This document shows positions 25,910 through 40,574 of a stretch of DNA of 64,000 bases, in pieces. Source of the DNA: Eledone cirrhosa (Eukaryota); assembly GCA_964016885.1 (NCBI GenBank), contig OZ024744.1:33170001-33234000 (forward strand), read 5' to 3'. The notes beneath the pieces are model-generated. The model was not told where the DNA came from and ran no database searches. It was given only the letters and a program-made list of their open reading frames with translations. A program made the translations under genes and the position numbers. Position 1 is the stretch's first letter, and every line of letters begins with the position of its first letter.

Positions 25910-26261
25910 CTAACTCAATATAAACTCAATATAATATACCCAGTTTCTATATTCTAGACCTATAATATTTGTAATATTAGCACATACACCTCATCAATTT
26001 ATTTATTTATTTTTATAGCCGATATTTACAGCTGTTTTCGTTTTTTTACAGCGTTCCCGATCAAAAGTCTCTATCTGTCTCTTTCTCTTTCTCTCACCTC
26101 TTTCTTTCTTTCTTTTTCCTCTCTTCTATTTCTTTTTCCTTTTTCCTTCTTCTTTCCTTTTCTTCATTGTTTCCTATTTTTTCTCTTCTGATATTTTTGT
26201 CATATGTTAACTGGACACCTTCTTGTTCACAGGTGTTTTTAGGCCTCATATCATGTTACCT

Positions 26262-26331
26262 TATTTTATCTGATGAGAACACAATTTTTGTCCCAGGATG
26301 ATGTTGTTTTCGAAATGCGCATAATAAAATA
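26262..26331 (+). ncRNA. Type I hammerhead with palindromic minimal stem III
   Basis: TATTTTAT(26262-26269)-CTGATGA-GAACACAAT...GTTGTTTTC-GAAA-TGCGCA-TA-ATAAAATA(26324-26331); triplet ATA. Confidence 0.8.
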
Positions 26332-26485
26332 TATGGAACTTTTTTAACCATCTTTTAATTTCTTCTTTACATATACTCCAGTTCTACCAACTGTTGAGTG
26401 CTACTTATCTGATATATGCATAGTTATATTGTTCTACAATATTACTCACCTCCTACACACACATATATATGTATATGTGTGTGTG

Positions 26486-26553
<68 letters not shown>

Positions 26554-26560
26554 TGTATGT

Positions 26561-26624
<64 letters not shown>

Positions 26625-26664
26625 GTATATATATATATATAAATGTATATATATATATGTATGT

Positions 26665-26778
<114 letters not shown>

Positions 26779-26792
26779 GTATATATATATAT

Positions 26793-29219
26793 GCACCAAC
26801 GAGGCACCAGAAGAACATTCTGGATCTAGTGTTTAGTAACCACACTAACATTATACATAATATTACAGTGGAAAAAACCCTTCTCTCAGACCATGACATG
26901 GTTCTTTGTGACCTGAGATTCCACCAGCCGAAAGCTAGTCCCAGGGTCCTCTCTCCAGCCCACCCATTTGATAGCATGGATCTCTACAATGCCAACTGGG
27001 ATGCAATTATGAACGAACTACCACATGTCGACTGGTCTTTTACACACGCACACACTTCAGCAACATCAAAACATCTTGGCAGATCTTTGTAGTCACTGCC
27101 ACACATATATGTACAAAGCACACCCCACCAAAACCTGTGAACAAAACCAAGTGCAGTATCCCCCAAAACAGAAAAAACAATTATCAGAAAAATAAAAAGA
27201 ACAAACAAAAAAATTAACACACTAAAATACTGCCAACAGCAACACACACATTCAATGGCTATCACCCTGCTTGAGTAAAACAAATATAACCTCCAGCAAT
27301 GCATGATGACCATCATCAATAACCAGAGAATAGCTGAAGAGAGGTGGGGCATTGAGAAAATCAAACTCAACCCCAAAGTGTTCTTTTCATTTCCTAAAAA
27401 ACACAAGCTCATCGTCTCCACTGTTGGTCCCCTAGTTGATGAAAATGGCACACTCCAGGACAATGCCAAAACCATGGGCGAGATACTGCAGAAACAATAC
27501 TGCTCTGTTTTCAGCAATCCTGATATGACTGATCTGGGCTGTATCAGTGATGTTAATCCCCAACACACTATATCAGACATAACGTTTGGCGCCCCTGATG
27601 TCTTAGCGGCAATCAACGAAATTAAACACAATTCAGCAGTAGGCCCCAACAGGTTCCCTGCTTGTGTCCTGAAGGTGTGTCGACACCAGCTTGCATCTCC
27701 TCTTGCTAATATGTAGAGGAACTCACTGGATACTGGCTATATTCCTGAAAACTTTCTGTCCCAGTCCGTTGTCCCAGTCTTTAAAAAGAGAAATAAGTCC
27801 CTTGCAGTGAACTACCGTCCGATCTCACTCACCTCTCATATTATCAAGGTATTTGAGAGGGTGGTGAGATCACGAATAACCCACTTTCTTGAAAGCAACG
27901 GCCTGCTGAACTCCAACCAACATGGGTTCCGTAATGGAAGGGACTGCCTAACGCAGCTCCTGCATCACTTTGACGATGTTTTGAGAGCCTTGGGAGAGGG
28001 CTCCAACACTGATGTCATCTACCTTGACTTCAGCAAGGCCTTCGACGGGGTTGATCATAAGATTCTACTGAAAAAACTATCCAATGTTGGTGTCTCTGGA
28101 AGGTTACTACAGTGGATCAAATGTTTCCTGACAGCCAGAACCCAGCATGTTGTAATCGAAGGAGTAAAATCAAGCCCTGCCAAAGTCAGCAGTGGCGTCC
28201 CACAAGGCACTGTGTTGGGCCCACTTCTTTTCATCATTTACATTAATGACATTACTGACATCATCAAGCACAGCAACATCAGAATCTTCGCAGATGATTC
28301 CAAGCTCCAAAGGGTCATCAATGAGGTGGGTGACCAGACTTGCCTTCAGTCATATCTACTGGCTGTTATCCAATGGGCAGAAATGAATAATATGCTGTTG
28401 AATGAGGATAAATTTGAATTAATCCACTACCGTACTCTCTTCCTTTGGGTGAAACTCTAGTGGCATCCAATAAAATCAGAGACCTGGGAGTAATTGTGGA
28501 CAATAACATAAGCTGGGCCACTCATATAAACAGCAAAGTTGATATGGCCCGCAAAATGTGTTCCTGGATTCTTATAACTTTCCAGTCGAGAGATATCCAC
28601 ACTGTTATCCTTCTCTTATCCACTTTTGCCCGACCCCACCTTGAATACTGTTGTGCACCGTGTTCACCCCACACGAAACAAAGTATCATGAAAGTTGAAG
28701 CACCCCAAAGGTCAATTATAAAAAAGATAGTTGGCATGATAGGCCTTGACTATTGGGGTCGTTTAGAAAAGCTCAAACTTTATTCTCTCCAACGTCGCCG
28801 TGAGCGCTATATCATCTGTATGATGTGGAAAATATTCCATCAGCTTAGCCTAAGTGATGTTGGCATCACCTTTAGTGTACACCCAAGGCTTGGGCCCCGT
28901 GTTATCCGCCCGCGACAAAAATCCCACTCGCATCACATAACAACAATACGGCACAATTATTTCACTTCAATTGACCCTGCACTCTTTAACATTACACCAA
29001 GACAGACCCCATCAAGTTCAAGAAGTCTTTAGATAAATTCCTGCAAGAAATCCCAGATAAGCCTCCTACACCCGGATATGCCTCCGTAAACAATAACTCT
29101 CTGCTCGAGTGGGCCATGGTGCCCAAACACTTATTTGTAAGAATTTGCAAGGTGGTGCTATTAAGTTAGACATGGCCTGGGCCAATACTGGCCGACACCT
29201 ATCAAAGTTATCAAAGTTA
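26793..29219 (+). mobile_element. CR1-like LINE, 5'-truncated and disrupted
   Basis: End of APE ([12 protein letters not shown]); RT NYRPISLTS, YLDFSKAFD, GVPQGTVLGPLLF, FADD; C-terminal RPHLEYC and LQRRRER; tail (TATCAAAGT)2. Confidence 0.9.
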
Positions 29220-29270
29220 TATATATATATATTTCGTTTCTGAATTGGCAACATGACCCTCCCAAAGCAT

Positions 29271-29309
<39 letters not shown>

Positions 29310-29520
29310 TATACACATATATATACATATATACATATTTATCACACACACACATACACACACGTGTGGATATTTCATTTGAAGAAGGATGAACAATTGA
29401 TTATATTCACTTCGCTCTCAATAATCAAAATTAAGGATTTATCTAATCTTATAGGGAGTGAGAGGGAAAAGAGGGAGTGAGAGAGAGAGAGCGGGAGAAA
29501 GAGGGAGGGTGAGAGAGTGG

Positions 29521-29616
<96 letters not shown>

Positions 29617-30129
29617 ATGATAGGAGAGGAAGAAAGAGACCGACGGACTATGATTACTAAATTGACAGATAGATTGATAGACCGACAGAGGGTGGAAATA
29701 TAGTGAAAGAGAGAGAGAGGGAGAGAGAGAGTGTGTGGCGAGAGAAAAAAAAAGGAAAGAGAGGAGAGAGCGAGGAAGAGAGGTGACATATTTATACTGA
29801 AAATATAAGGAAAAATTCAATCTTTTTGACATCAGAATATTTTTTGTCATCACAAGTAAAATATTTCCACTTAATATTACAATATTCTTTTAAATTTTTA
29901 CATTTTCTTACAATTTTCTTTCTTCTCATCTGTTCTTTCTTGTACAGGAGATGGAAGGAAATGGAAGGAGATGGAAGGAGATGGAAGGAGATGATGGGCG
30001 ATATTTTGACAGCTGTTATGAATAGTATTACAATTGCCACCTGGTGGAACAACAACCGTTAGATTAGATAGCACAACGTTAATGAATATCATTGCACATA
30101 CGCTATATATATATATATATATATGCGTG

Positions 30130-30160
<31 letters not shown>

Positions 30161-30163
30161 ACA

Positions 30164-30233
<70 letters not shown>

Positions 30234-30629
30234 GTGTATATATTTTCAGACAGCCATTTTTCTGATTTTTATTATGTTTTTCCAATGATTTTCTTTCTCT
30301 TTTTCTGTTGTCACGCCATATAAGAACAGTTTTCAGCAGTTATCTTATTTCCATTATTTTAACCCGAGAGAAATAAATAACACTACACATACACATATAC
30401 ATGAAAAACATATATATATAAAGACACACACAAACAAATATATACACAAACAAACATATACACATACACACACACATATATACATAAAAACATATATATA
30501 TATACGAGTATATAAATATATATTTTCATTATTATTATTGTTTCTTCGCTCAGCTTCTAACGCTGGAGATGTATTACAGTGTTAGTGTCGAGTCTTATGT
30601 TCAATAAAGTAATTATTATCATTATTACG

Positions 30630-33450
30630 TTATTCCATTTAGCTCAGTTCTGTTTCTCTATTGCCAGGTTCAGGCCTTGAAGCTAGAGCAATAGATGTGT
30701 CCATTGTAGAGAGAGAACTTGTCTGAGAATGTGTGCTGTTCCAAGTAGCCTGATCTTCTGTAGCTCATATTTGCTGATCTGCAGGGAAGGACGCTAAGGT
30801 GCAGGTTTGAAGCGGCAGAGCATCCAGTGCACATATTTGGCAATGCAGTTGTGTCTTTCGATATAGTCAGGTTTTGCCAGCTCTGGACACCCGGAAATAA
30901 CATGATCTACCGTTTCTTCATGTTTGTAGCATATTCTGCATAGAGGGCTAGTCCCTTCTTTCACTATTCTGTGTCTGAAGGCCTGGCTGTTTAGAGATTG
31001 ATCTTGTGCAGCAACTAAGAGTCCCTCAGTCTCTCCTTTCTATGTCTTGTTCCATGTTCAGTTTTTGCCTGAAATTTCTTGATGCTTTTGTTATTAAGTG
31101 TAGTTTCTTAATTGATTCATGCTTGAGTACAGGCATAAGAAGTTCATCCCGGGTGTGGTTGAGGTAGCTATACAATCTTATGGTTTCTGTTTTGTATGCG
31201 GCTTCCAGTTGTCAGAGACCCTTCCACCTTCTTTTCTTGAGATATACACCCTATGTACATCAGCTTTATGGTTGTGCATTTTTTCCGTTGTCAATAGTTT
31301 CCTTGTCTTAGTGTCCAACCTTTGTGGTTCTTGCAGGTTCCTGTTTATGATGTTAAAGCTGTATATCACAACTGGTACTGCTAGACTGTTAATGGCTTTG
31401 AACTTGTTGCAAGAGTTTAGCTTCTTTGTTACCAGCCTCACTCTCCTTATGTGCTCCTTCCATAACTTTTCCTTCATACTTGCATGCTGGATTCCATATC
31501 CTCCATTAACTCCAAGATATTTGTAGACTTGTTCATTGTTAAGTTCCTTTATAGTAGTTTATTGATCTATGATAATATATTTATGGTTAGAGGTCAACCC
31601 TCTCTTGAATGTGGCTTTTGCTCACTTGTCCAGTCCAAATTCCATATTGATGTCATCACTGGATTGTTTCACTGTGTGCAGAAAACATTCAAGCTGCCCA
31701 TCATTGTTTCCAAATAGCTTGATATCATCCATATAAAGAAGGTGACTGTGGTGTGTGTTGTCTATTTTATATCCATAGCCTCTCCTCCGCAGTAACTGAA
31801 TTAACGGAGCAAGTGACCTACAGAATAGCAAAGGGGACAATGAGTCGCCTTGCAACATTCCATGATTAATCTTGATCTGTCTAGATTCCAGTGTTCGTTG
31901 TGGTGTTGAAGGACCATCGTAGTGTTCCAGTCTGTCACCATTGCCTTCAGGAAAGTTGTTATCTCCGGTGCTATGTGATACATTTCTAGTGTCTTTATGA
32001 TCCATGAATGAGGTATACTGTCGAATGTCTTCTTGTAGTCTATCCAGGCTATTGACAGGCTTTTCTTTTTCTATTTGCGGTTTTCCTTTATGAGTCTATT
32101 TATCATTAGCTGATTCTTTGCACCCATAACTCCGTCGTTTACAGCCTTTTTGTTCAGGTGGCAATAGATCTACACAGACGAGGTAACTGTAGACCCTGTT
32201 GGAAATCACTAATGTGATTCAATCACTAATGTGAGGACTCTGTACATCATTGGGAGATATGTAATTGGTCTGTAGATTTAGGAATATTCGGTGCATTCAT
32301 TCTTCGGTAGAAGATACGTTATGCCAGTTGTCATCCACTTTGGGACCTCTCTTGGGTTTGCTACAATCCCGGAGAATTCAGCAGCCAAGACTTCATGGAG
32401 CACATCCATATGTTTCAGCCAGAAATTCTGCACGCCATCTCTGCCCGGTGATTTCCAGTTTCCAACATTGCTGTCTGCTGTTTTTTATTTCTTGTGAGAT
32501 CTCATTCCATTTCTGGGTAAAAGCAGCGATTTCCAATTGTTCCAACCATTTGGCATTGGAGTTGTGGTCTCAATCTTTTCCCCAGATATTTGCCCAAACG
32601 TGTTAAACCTCATTAAGCTCAGGCGGGTGCCTTATTTCAATATTTTTCTTACCTAACTCACTATAACATATTTTGGCATCTTCGGCAAAGATTTTGTTTT
32701 ATTTAAAGAAGTTAGCTCTTTTGTTGCATATTCTTAGTCTTTGCACCTTTGCCTGTATATTTTGCTTGATTGATTCAGCAATTTCTTTCCAGTCTGTTGT
32801 CCGGTTGGCGTTGTATTTCTTTGTCAGCCTAGAAAGCCTCTGTGAGTTGATGTCAGTTCCCTTATCTATTTAGGATACGAGAGCGACATCTCTCCTCAAC
32901 TCTGTAATTTTGTTCTCCAGCTGTGTCTGCCATTTCGGTATTCCCTTTGTGTTTATTTTCCCTGTTCGTATTTTGGGGTGCAGCTTACCAGCAATTACAG
33001 TTTCAGTGGCATATAGCCAAGCTGATTAATCTCATCAATTGTCAGTGGTGTTTCGTGTTTGCCTCTGATTACCTCTAGTGCTTTGTTAGCTAGGTTGACC
33101 TTCTTCCTTAGCTGATGCATCACTTTGGGCACATTCTGGAGATTTGTCCACTGTGTTTTCAGAATCTCCCACTCACACAGAATATCTCCCTTCATTATCC
33201 AGACAACAGTATCAACCAGTGAACCATCACCTACATGTTCAGGCCAGAGAGGTTCTCATCTCTGGGAGTTTCAGTAATACTCTCACCATCTGCTGCTTCT
33301 GTTGTACGCAGGCCTCCTTCTTGACTGGGGTTATTATGTTGCTCACTTATCTCTGCTTTGTTGGTTTCCAGTTGCGATTCCGTGAGTCCTTTGCTCCTCA
33401 CAATTTCTCTTCTCACATTATCTAACTTATTCATGTCCATGTATTTCTGG
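30630..33450 (-). mobile_element. Second R4/Dong-like LINE family, degraded, near (TAA)-like repeats
   Basis: QGDSLSPLLF, HLLYMDDIKLF and KADVHRVYISRKEGGR peptides; ATTATTATCATTATT close to the 3' end. Confidence 0.8.
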
Positions 33451-34166
33451 AGGTAGGTTTGGAATTCCTCAGCCGCTACCCGCAGCCTCAGATATCCGAG
33501 GAATATATTATTCAAAGTTATAGATAATCTCGAGCATGTCTCTTGTCTCCCAAAATGTTTGAGATAATCTCGAACATCTGTTTTGTCTCCCAAAATTAGC
33601 CCCAAGAAAAAATTCAAAGAATAAATCCGAACATTTAATCATTACAATATAGTCAATGACATATATACATACATATATCTAATGATATAAATGTATAATA
33701 GAGCATAACAAACTTTAATAAGAGACAATGTGTATAGAGGGTAAGAATACATAATTCGTTACAGTATCATATTAAAATTTAAGAAATATTTCAAACATAG
33801 ATACTTGAGAAAAATCATATATATCCTTCACAAATCATGAATACATTTCACCAAATATCGGTGAAGTTAGATAATTATTTCTACTTTTGGCACAAGGCCA
33901 TGAGCCTTGATCTTCAGTGAGGGTATCGACCTATCTAAACTTACACCCGTTAACATACAGAATTGAAGACGACGAGGGAAGCACATGATATTATAAAAAA
34001 AAGCCAACGCACGCAGTCATCGTCTGCAATGGCATGAAAGGGTTCGCGACAACTAAAAATAGCAGGCTAACCTCTTAACATATTAAACAGCTCAACCAAG
34101 TAGGAGCATAAATATATTATATATGTTACACTCAAAGTTATAGATATGTATATATGTATATATATA

Positions 34167-34288
<122 letters not shown>

Positions 34289-34925
34289 TGTGTACAAACA
34301 TAGAGTATAGAGGTAACCGACACCGTGTAAATGTATATACATTTACAATTATGTGTGACGCCATGTAAACATGAGGAATACTGTTTACATATTTCCATGT
34401 AAATTACAAATTGATAAGTACGTATATATTTTCAAGTATATATTTTATGTATAAACATTCACAGGAACAGTCAAACATTAACTTAATAAGCACTCAATAC
34501 ATGGGAGAAGAATACAGAATATAAGATTTTACAAAGGATATTAACACGCGCATGCGCTCACATATATACACTCATTCATACACCCTAAAATACTCACACA
34601 CATACACACATACTTATATAAATATACCCTCACATGCAAAAAAAAAAGCCCTCATACATGTGCGCTCATATATTGAGATAAATAGAGAGACAGACAGATA
34701 GATAGATATATTTCTTTATTTACCATAAAGGCATAAAAAGAAGGGACAAATACAAAGGGGGAGTTTACATACAATCGAGTAAAAAGGGTATAAAATGAAA
34801 ATAATCGAAAATAACCTCAAAAGGGAGGGGACGTGATGGGGGTTGCACACACCCCCGAAAAAGTGTGCAATCCTTTGCCCGGGGAGCACATGGAGAAGGT
34901 GCTCCCCTCTCCTTTACTTCTTTAC

Positions 34926-37900
34926 CTACAGGATGGTATACAGAGAAGGCCCATTTACACGAGCCATTCTCGCCACTATCACCCACCTTTCATAAAACTG
35001 CCCGTGGCCAAGCACCTCTCTCTCCATTCTTATCCTTCTTCCGAAGTGATATCGGAAGAAGTAGACCAGACTATGGCCAGAGAGGAAGTTGCCTGACCTC
35101 AGACCTTTCAATCGTGTCCACCAAACAACCTCTTTCAACATGGCTATTACGCACAGAAAAACCGCCTTTGCTTCCTTTGTGAAGAGGGGAGGCGGTTTGA
35201 TTGTCATCACGGACTCGGCGGTCAATTGAATCGGCGCCACCCCCGACAGCAGTCGTTCGGCGTAGCCCCACAGATCAGCCACGCCCGGACATTGCACCAA
35301 TGCGTGCGCAACGGTTTCTTCGTGACGCACGCATCTAGGGCAAATCTTTTTTGAGGGATCCCTGCTCGGGCGCCCGTGTCTGTAGAGCCTCTCTCGAACG
35401 GGTAGAGCCCCCCGGTAGCACTGCCAGGCTAGTGACTTCTGGAAGTTGTCCATTGGTCCCGGGCCGAAAGTCCTACCGAACAGGCTGGCCAGTTCGTCCT
35501 CTTCCATGTCCAGCGACTCTCCAAGGGTGTCATCGCCCCTGCTAGCTCCCAGCCCTCTATAGAATGATGAGGTGGATTCTCCACCGACGGCCTGGCCCGC
35601 TTGCCAGAGAGCCCTGAGCGCCTGAGCACACTCAGTGTGCCAGTCTCCTAGTTTTCCGGATCTTTGCTTGACCCAGGACTGCAGCTCGGTGAGCGAGACG
35701 AGTCTCGGAAAGGTTCGTCTCACGAACGGAGCCAACACCGGTTGACCAGTGAGGAATACCTGTAGGTGCCGTAGCCTTAATGCGTGCCTACGCATCATCA
35801 ACCACGGCATCCCCAGCCCTCCTTTCGAAGGTTGTTGGCAGCAGATGGATCTTCTCACCATAGGAGGGCGCTTCTTCGAAAGAAATTAGAAGAGCATGCG
35901 TTCCATGGTGGTGAGTGTTTCCTTAGGGCAAGGCTCGACAGTCAGGCGGTAGTAAGTGACGGACGCTATGTAAATGTTCGCCACCTCCACCCGGCCTTTT
36001 ATGGACAGCTTACACTTGGCCCATTTCTGGGTTAGTGCAAACACCTTTTCCGTAACCTCGTTCCAGTTCTTTTCCACCTGGAGGTCCGGTCCAAACCAGA
36101 CCCCAAGCAACTTTACCGGGCCCTCCGTCCAGTGTCCGACGACACCGTCGGGAGGCATCGGTCTGCCTCTCCACGTTCCGAGTTGCAGCCCGATGGATTT
36201 TTCCCGGTTCAGTTTCGCTCCTGACAACCTTTCGTAATCCTCCAGTAAGGTACCGATCGCCTCGATCTCCGAGTCGGTCGATACCATTACTGTTACGTCA
36301 TCGGCGTAGGCCGACACCGCTTTGCTCAATCCTGGTTCCAGGGGGATACCCTGCAACAACTCCAACTTCCTCAGTAAAGGCTCGAGAGTCAATACGTACA
36401 GAAGGGAGGAGAGAGGGCACCCCTGTCGAATGGATCGTGTGATTTCGAACGGCTTCGAAAGGTAGCCGTTCACCTTGATCCTAGAACAGATGTGGTTGCT
36501 ATGTAGGGCAGTGATCCAGCCTCTGAAAACAGAACCGAACCCAGCCGCCGCTAGCACCGCATCCAGGTAACCATGGTCGACCCTATCGAAGGCCTTAGAC
36601 TGATCCAAGTTGATCAGGGCCCCACCGAAGCCGGGTTTGTTGCCAACCCTCTCTATGATGTATCGCATGAGGTGGAGGTTATCGTGAATGGACCTGGATG
36701 GGATAGCACATGTCTGCGCATCTCCCACCAGGCCACCCACGACAAGCGCCAACCTCTTTGCTAACACCTTGGCCAAAATCTTTAATTCTGTGTTTAGCAG
36801 GGTTATGGGCCGAAAATTATTTATACTATCTCCCTTGTTCTCGTCCTTCCTCACCAGCGAGACTACGCCCTTGGCTACAGAACAAGGAATTCTCCCGTTC
36901 TGCTGCCAATTGCAGTAGACCGCTTCGAGGAGTTCGGAGAAGAAGACCGGCATTGCTAAATAAAGTTCGTAAGGTATTCCATCGAGACCTGGAGATTTGC
37001 GTCTGCTGCATTGGCTCAGCGCATCCCCGATCTCATCAGCCGAGATTGGTCCCTCGCAGGACTCTTCCTCTTCGCTGGAGAGACGCGGCAGGCCGTCGAG
37101 GTATGGACCGAAATCCACGTCCCCGCCAGGACCCTCCCCTCCCCCGAATAATCGGGCAAAGTGCCTTTGAAAGGCCTCGCACATCTGCCTAGGCTCCCGG
37201 ATCACCCGTCCATCCTCGTCTTGCAAAGACCGGATGGTGGATCGATTTCCACTCTTAGCTTCTGTCACGCGTGCCCAGCCAACGGCTTTGGCACCCTCAT
37301 TACCTAGAGCACGTATTTTACTTCGAATGACGCAGCCTTCGTGCTTTGCATCGAAAAACTGGTTCAAGGCCGTCCTCGATGCCAGCACTCTGGCCACATC
37401 TTCGCTCTTGATTGCCTCTTCTAATTTACCTGTTAATTCTTTCTCGTTTCTATTCCTATCGGCAGCTAACATCTTGCTATAACTTATTGATTTTGTTTTA
37501 ATCTCTCTTTTGAGAGATGCCCACCATCGGTTGTTGACGATTGCACCCGTCAACCTCTCCTTAACTAATCTGCTAATCCGGTTTCTGTAAGTCTCTTTTG
37601 CCGGTAAAGACAAATTAAGTTTCCAGTAACCGGGACCCTGTTTATGTGTTTTCTCGAGATTGACTACGCGGGTCACTAATTTGTGATCCGTATAGCCAAC
37701 CGTGCGCATTTCTGGACAGCTTAATATGTCCCTATCCTTACTTCTAACTAAGAATCTATCTAAGTACGGTCTAGATTGACCACTGTGGTTCGTCCAAATC
37801 CAGGTTGGCACAGTTGGAAAATCTAGTCGATATCTATCGACCAAGTTAAAACGGTCGAGTAACCCCTTGAGGCTGTTACACCCCCCTCTATTAGGACATG

Positions 37901-38357
37901 CTCCTGCATAGTCCCAACGTGCATCTAGGATGTCATTCCAGTCCCCCGCTAGAAGCAGGGAACGCGATGTTCCCAGAAAAGTCTCCAAACGATGGAAGAA
38001 GTCGGGCCGTTCAGCTTCGAGAGGGGAGTAGACGGCGACCTGTCTCAAAGCCGCACCTTCACTACTGCCAACGTTTAGCACCAACAAACGACCCTCCGGG
38101 TCCGAGTGAACAACCTGCACGGCGAGACCCAGGTGTTTTTCCAGCAGTACGACAACCCCACCCCCACCTCCAGGTTGACAGAGAGATGCATGCACCTCAA
38201 AGTCATCGAAGGTGGGGGCCAGCTTCCGCACGACGCTGACCCGAGTCTCACAGATAACCATTACATTTATACCACGTGACCTGAGGTCATTTAGAAGCTT
38301 TGCTTGCTTCCAAGTTGAGCCCAGGCCATGTGCATTCAAACATCCTACTCTTAACAC
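34926..38357 (-). pseudogene. ORF2 (APE-RT-zinc finger) of copy E, single frameshift near 35880
   Basis: 823-aa and 311-aa ORFs are colinear with the 927-aa ORF of copy F. Confidence 0.9.
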
Positions 38358-38396
38358 ATTAATGTGGGCGGAAAAGCCAAAGGAGAGTGTAGAGAC

Positions 38397-40248
38397 CTAC
38401 CTTCTGCTTCCCGGGGTTCGGGTCGCACGACTTCCATGGGGTCGGGGGTGTTGGGTGAAGGGGTGTCTTGTGGTGGTGTGGGGTCGTCAGTGTGTGGTGG
38501 GGTTGGAGTGTTTGGAGTTGTGTTGGGGGGGAATGGGAGGAGGAAAGCTTTTTAGTAGGACGCGGTTCATGGGTTTGACAGAGGGTGGTCCTACGTCCTC
38601 CTTAAAATCCTTTTTTAGTTTTTGGTAGAGGTTCATTGGGATCTTTATTAATTTTAAATGTGGGTAGTTTTCTGAAGAAACAAAGTTTACACCTTCGGTT
38701 TGTACCGAAGGATTATTGTTTATGAGTTCATTTAATTTATTATTGTTTCTGTTGATGTAAGTATAGTGTAATGTCTTTTTTTCGGATGGGTGAGTGTTTC
38801 GAAGAGAGGAGGGGCGGTTGGTTTTTATTTGTTGCTGGAGGGGTGTTTTGTGTTTTGTTGGATTGTGTTGACATTTGGGTAGGGGTTGTTTGGCCTTGTG
38901 TGTTTTGCACATGTTTTCTTTTTTTCCTTTTAATCTGTCTGAAGGACTCCGTTTCTTCCTCGAAATTCGTTGGGTTATCTTCAGTGTTGGAGGGAAGAAG
39001 TATGTTTGCTGGTAATGTTTCCGTGTTGGTTTTCTTTGTGGGGGAGATGGATGTCACTATGTTAGACTGTGTTGTGTGTTGTGGCTGCGGTGGTTGTGTT
39101 GTTTTATTGAGTGAGGGGTTGGGTGGGACTGTATTTTGTTTTTGGGTAATGTGTTGTGACTGTTTGTGTTGTGATGGTGGTGTAGTTTTACTGAGGGACG
39201 GGTTGGGTGGGACTGAGTTTTGTTGTTTGTTTATCTGTTGTGGTGGTGGTGGAGCTGGTGGTGGTAGCAGGGTTTTCTTTTTGTTGAGTTGGGGACAAGC
39301 CGCCTTCAGGTGCCCTCTGCCTGCACAGATATGACAGGACGGCCTTCTCCCCTCCACGCTAATGTTTATATACCCGTGGCCCTCTAATAGGATTCTGTCG
39401 GGTATTTGGATGATGCGTTCAGGCTTCATTTGCACTACCAGCTCTATACCTGTTCCACTGAACGCATTGCCTGTGGTTTTCCCAATGGAAATCATGTTGT
39501 CATTCGCTGGATCGATGAAGCTAGCTATGAGCCAGCAGTAGTCCACATCTGGCATCATTGCATCCAGCCATATGCGCTGAGTTCTTTTACCCATATAAGA
39601 TGGATAAAAGGTAAAATTTGTCGAACGAATCGGTGACAAAGCACATTTTTTTGCCGCCGATTCGTTCTTCATAATAATCGCTAGGCTTCCATACAGTCTG
39701 TCTCTTCATATGAAAGTGGTTTCATTAAGTACTTCTGTAAGTACTGCTTTGATTTCTGTTTGTGTTGGCTGTTGAGGTTTTTGAGAAATGTTGTTGATGG
39801 TGCGGAAAACGACCGCCCGACTTTCATGTCTTTTGTGAGTTCTTGAGGCATTTTTACCGATAAAATACCATTTTCCCCTTCAGTTATGTATTGTTTGGCG
39901 TCTGTAATTCTTTGTGCCACATCTGAAATATTATTAGTGTTGACTTTGTCGTCTGCTTTGCTTTCTGTTATGATGTTGTTTTCAAATGTTATTTTTGTGT
40001 TTGTCGTGTCTTTGTTTGTGGTATTAATATTGTCATGCAATTTTTCAAATTTTTTTTTTTTCGTTGTTGGAATCAATGTCCAGATTTGTGTTTTCGTCAT
40101 TTTTCTCCGCAGATTCGTCTGTTTTTATTTTATTTTTTCTTTCCTTCTCTATGACGTTAGTTGGGAAGGAAGTGGGACTAAAGCGTGCGAGCTTACAACT
40201 CTTACCGCTGTCCCCCCCACCACTATTTTCGTTAGCTTCGTTTAACAT
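38397..40248 (-). pseudogene. ORF1 (gag-like CCHC knuckle protein) of copy E, with stop and frameshifts
   Basis: ORF fragments 40045-40248, 39681-40100, 38740-39672 and 38487-38912; homologous to ORF1 parts of copies C and F. Confidence 0.8.
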
Positions 40249-40476
40249 TTCTGTCAGACGATTGAAATTTTTTATTCCACAAAATTTTTTAAAACAGGTT
40301 TTTCACCCCTGGGAGGGGCAAAGATGACCTGACCCACCGCCTGACAGTTCAGACGGGGGGTCAAGCTACGCAATAGTATCAAAATTAAAATTGAACTTCC
40401 GCAATAAATTGGAACAAAACTTCTGCGCGAAGTGAATTACATCTACGCTGTAGAACAGACGACAGCTAGATTTTAG

Positions 40477-40572
<96 letters not shown>
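40477..40572. repeat. (GATA)n array between Tx1 copies E and F
   Basis: Pure array, directly visible. Confidence 0.97.
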
Positions 40573-40573
<1 letters not shown>

Positions 40574-40574
40574 T

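Larger units (their letters stand above)
34709..40472 (-). mobile_element. Full-length Tx1-clade LINE copy E (~5.8 kb): 5' UTR, ORF1, ORF2, 3' UTR
   Basis: ORF1 pieces 40248-38397 with CHICAGRGHLKAAC knuckle; ORF2 38357-34926 with APE, RT (YADD) and CPRC..H..C finger; (GATA)n on both flanks. Confidence 0.95.

Noticed and set aside
33895-33925. CTGAAGA plus hairpin on the minus strand next to a SINE tail
   Set aside because: No GAAA or stem III follows; probably a chance junction.
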